A stretch of DNA of 20,000 bases from the IMG/VR virus record IMGVR_UViG_3300030372_001717, one strand, 5' to 3'. The translations under genes and the position numbers were made by a program. The DNA is from an uncultured virus (IMG/VR IMGVR_UViG_3300030372_001717) (Duplodnaviria; Heunggongvirae; Uroviricota; Caudoviricetes). A model generated the notes under the pieces. That model was given only the letters and a program-made list of their open reading frames with translations. It was not told the origin of the DNA and did not search any database. The number at the start of each line of letters is the position of its first letter. The first letter of the stretch is position 1. Below, piece after piece: positions 17,755 to 20,000 of this stretch.

Positions 17755-18053
17755 CAGCACTTCCACCTTCTTCTGGCTTGCCTGATGCGCGAGTTAGGAT
17801 CATTTCTAGTTTTAGCAGAGCTACGTTTCAGTTGACCTGCAGACCTAGCGCAATAACTCTTTCTACGCTTGGCTGCTTTGCTTCCTGCTTTAACCTTACC
17901 AGTAACAGCACCTTTTAGCTTAGACCCTGGATTAGCTCTACGGTGTGCAGCAATACCTTTTTTTGTCATACCAGCACCCTTTTTAGTAGGGCGATAGTTT
18001 GCTCCTTTACCTTTAGTAGTTTTAGGTATAGCTTTTTGAGGTTTACGTGCCAT
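17754..18053 (-). CDS. Highly basic small phage protein (99 aa; DUF6321-like by recall)
   Basis: K/R-rich; RANPGSKLK..AAKRRKSYCARS..DPNSR..RRWKC motif; stop/start overlaps at both ends. Confidence 0.75.
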   Translation of the reverse strand: MARKPQKAIPKTTKGKGANYRPTKKGAGMTKKGIAAHRRANPGSKLKGAVTGKVKAGSKAAKRRKSYCARSAGQLKRSSAKTRNDPNSRIRQARRRWKC

Positions 18054-18544
18054 TATGTTGCAGCAAACACACGCACGTTAGCTGTGCTTCCTGAAGAGTT
18101 ATAACATTCGATACGATCAATAGTATCTGCAGTCCAGTTTGTTTCCCACGTATCGTTTTCTGCAAGATAGTTTGCTTCACTAAATGATCCAGCAACGTCA
18201 CCTCTGTTACGGCTAAGATCATCTGCAAGACAGAACGGAATACCTGCTTGTAGTTTAACAACCCATGCGTTCTCTAGGTTACTGCCAGCAACGGTGCCAC
18301 CCTCATTACACATAAGTTGTATCTCTACAACCTGATCTGACTCAACCCACAAGAAATCAAAGTCATCTAACATAGTGTCATTCCATACCTCTACTAGCGT
18401 ACCGTTAGTAATAGAATAACGTTTGTCAAAGTAATGTGTTATTGTAATTGAGTCTGTAGCTGTAGTGCTGCCACCAGTGATGGTGTGCGAGTCATCATCT
18501 GGTATATCTACAGTAAAGTGTGTGGTGAGGCTTAGAGTAGCCAT
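18053..18544 (-). CDS. Hypothetical acidic beta-rich protein (163 aa), possibly structural
   Basis: Clean ORF with GGAG SD, coupled to the downstream gene; no family recognised. Confidence 0.7.
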   Translation of the reverse strand: MATLSLTTHFTVDIPDDDSHTITGGSTTATDSITITHYFDKRYSITNGTLVEVWNDTMLDDFDFLWVESDQVVEIQLMCNEGGTVAGSNLENAWVVKLQAGIPFCLADDLSRNRGDVAGSFSEANYLAENDTWETNWTADTIDRIECYNSSGSTANVRVFAAT

Positions 18545-18568
18545 TATAATTTCTCCGTTTTCTAGAAA

Positions 18569-19207
18569 CTATTTACCCCATTCTTTCTTCAGGTAATTCT
18601 GTACAAGAACAGATTTGGTAAAAATTTGCGGTGCTTCTTTATTCTGTGATAAAAATTGATTTACCTCATATAGATTTTTTAGTATGAAATATTGTTGATA
18701 CGAAATGTTAGAAGACATCCAACCTAGTATGTTTGTTCTAACTCCAGAGGTTACTTTTGTAACACCGTGGGGATACGTGATAGGAAAGATAGCTGCTTGC
18801 CCCATCTCCAATTTTCTAGAAATAACGCCCAACTCTGTTTCAAAGAATATCTCTCCACCTTCATAGTTGTCATCCAGATTAATAGTAAAACCATAGTCAA
18901 AGAAGATATTATTGGATTTTGGACTTGCTTTAAAATTGTCAACATGAAGATTGTAGTAATCTCCTTCTTCGTATCTGTTATAATAATTTACTGAAACTCT
19001 GTTGGGACAATACACTGTATCAATATAGTGTGTGTCGTACATCTTAGAGATAATCAGTTTGCGTACTTCATCTGGTACGCCCTGTGATTCTTTGTTCTTT
19101 TTGATATCTGATACTGGTTGTGTTTTGTTACCGTCACCAAAAGTATCGTTGTTAATTTCATTGTAGCAGAAGTCTGCTTCTTCTTTATTAAGTAGCTGTA
19201 CAAACAT
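18569..19207 (-). CDS. PKHD-type Fe(II)/2-oxoglutarate-dependent hydroxylase (PiuC/YbiX-like)
   Basis: NRY..G..Y..HVDN (HxD), YEGGE, FP..YPHGVTKVTSGVR (distal His, 2OG-binding Arg), GW, and a PKHD-like C-terminal helical tail ending KEWGK. Confidence 0.85.
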   Translation of the reverse strand: MFVQLLNKEEADFCYNEINNDTFGDGNKTQPVSDIKKNKESQGVPDEVRKLIISKMYDTHYIDTVYCPNRVSVNYYNRYEEGDYYNLHVDNFKASPKSNNIFFDYGFTINLDDNYEGGEIFFETELGVISRKLEMGQAAIFPITYPHGVTKVTSGVRTNILGWMSSNISYQQYFILKNLYEVNQFLSQNKEAPQIFTKSVLVQNYLKKEWGK

Positions 19208-19249
19208 AATATAGCCCTTTCACAAATAATTGAACACAGCAAGAAAGGT

Positions 19250-19272
19250 GTGGGATTTTTACAGAACCCCAC
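19250..19272 (-). terminator. Stem-loop after the capsid/decoration genes (weak or leaky terminator, or RNA-stabilising hairpin)
   Basis: Minus strand GTGGGGTT-ctgtaaa-AATCCCAC (8-bp stem, one G-U pair) followed by ACCTTTCTT; in the 78-nt intergenic gap. Confidence 0.5.
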
Positions 19273-19285
19273 GAAACTGTTAGAA

Positions 19286-19753
19286 CTACGTTCCAGATGA
19301 AACTGTAGCTGATTCGACAGGGTTACGAGAGATGTCGCAGATAACAGCGTGTACGCGCATACGCAACGCAGTTGTTCCACTAGAACCACCATCAAGAACC
19401 GTGACTTGAATCGCGTTAGCGGAGGTAACAGTGTTAATCGCTGCTGCTTTCAAATTAAATTGAATAAGCGCAGCAGAGTTAGAGCCTCCACCGTCAACTA
19501 GCGAATCAACATCCGTCGATACACCAACGTCAAGAGTAATTTGTCCATTACCTGAAGCTTCTAGAACTTCCAGGCAACCACCAATTACCATCGTGTCTGC
19601 AGGAAGATCGATGAGTTTTACCACATCATCTCCTGCAAGGCTGGTGTTGTCTACAGCATCGTATACTGGAGAAGTAATGACATAAGGAACAGAAGCATTA
19701 GAAGGATGTCCTACCGTGCCTCCACCCGTAACTGTCCGATCATAAGTAGCCAT
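19286..19753 (-). CDS. Putative capsid decoration / minor head protein (155 aa)
   Basis: Immediately after the capsid gene with a strong SD (TAAGGAGG); beta-sandwich-like pattern GDDVVKLIDLPADTMVIGG..TLDVG; followed by a hairpin. Confidence 0.6.
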   Translation of the reverse strand: MATYDRTVTGGGTVGHPSNASVPYVITSPVYDAVDNTSLAGDDVVKLIDLPADTMVIGGCLEVLEASGNGQITLDVGVSTDVDSLVDGGGSNSAALIQFNLKAAAINTVTSANAIQVTVLDGGSSGTTALRMRVHAVICDISRNPVESATVSSGT

Positions 19754-19762
19754 GATTCATAC

Positions 19763-19770
19763 CCTCCTTA
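19763..19770 (-). promoter_or_regulatory. Strong Shine-Dalgarno (TAAGGAGG) overlapping the capsid stop codon
   Basis: Minus strand TAAGGAGGGTATGAATC-ATG(19753). Confidence 0.7.
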
Positions 19771-20000
19771 CGAGCCAAGATCAACAACACCAGAGAACAC
19801 ACCCTTGTAGCCATCGCCGCTACCACGCAGAACTTTACGTCCGAAGACATGAAGACCACGAACAATATCAGCAAAGCTGTCAGGGTCACGAATAACTTCC
19901 GTTTTGGCAATGTGAGAAGCTGTAGCAACAGCACTCATATGTCCATACAAGAAGATGTGTTCACCAGCATTGGTCGATGAGAATGTGTGACTCGACGCTG
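19768..20000 (-). CDS. Major capsid protein, C-terminal fragment (P22 gp5 / N4 gp56-like family, HMO-2011-like)
   Basis: Frame is open to the window edge: ..EHIFLYGHMSAVATASHIAKTEVIRDPDSFADIVRGLHVFGRKVLR.., a recognisable capsid C-terminal motif. Confidence 0.85.
   Translation of the reverse strand, partial: ASSHTFSSTNAGEHIFLYGHMSAVATASHIAKTEVIRDPDSFADIVRGLHVFGRKVLRGSGDGYKGVFSGVVDLGS

Noticed and set aside
19054..19395. 113-aa minus-strand ORF bridging the decoration and oxygenase genes
   Set aside because: Overlaps two better-supported genes out of frame and crosses the hairpin; no motif support.
19740..19934. Possible frameshift or read-through extension fusing capsid to the downstream gene (T7 10A/10B style)
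   Set aside because: This alternative frame stops at 19740 and is not the downstream gene's frame; the downstream gene has its own strong SD; no slippery site noticed.
1..20000. CRISPR array, tRNA, structured ncRNA, attachment site or mobile element
   Set aside because: Coding density is nearly complete (largest gap about 78 nt once small ORFs are counted); no spaced direct repeats, cloverleaf, transposase or integrase seen.

Overview
All credible genes lie on the minus strand and form a tightly coupled virion-morphogenesis region of a short-tailed (podovirus-like) dsDNA phage, probably marine (lineage names are from recalled motifs, not from a search). In transcription order (20000 -> 1): 3' end of a major capsid gene, putative capsid decoration protein, PKHD/PiuC-type 2OG-Fe(II) oxygenase, three small genes (acidic, very basic, Cys-rich), tail adaptor (tubular A) with an inserted CBM-like domain, a possible 45-aa basic ORF, tail nozzle (tubular B) #1, tail fibre, a mosaic LamG/SPRY fibre protein broken by a 10-N scaffold gap (9972-9981), a fibre chaperone, a SECOND nozzle/stabilization protein of a different family, two small genes, and four Gly/Gln/Met-rich internal (DNA ejection) proteins, the last truncated at the window edge. 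The main anomaly is that an HMO-2011-like head/tail block (12489-20000) is joined to an HTVC010P-like nozzle and ejection block (1-8177) across the gapped fibre gene. This is either a chimeric scaffold or a real inter-lineage recombinant. No tRNA, rRNA, CRISPR array, integrase or reverse transcriptase was seen.
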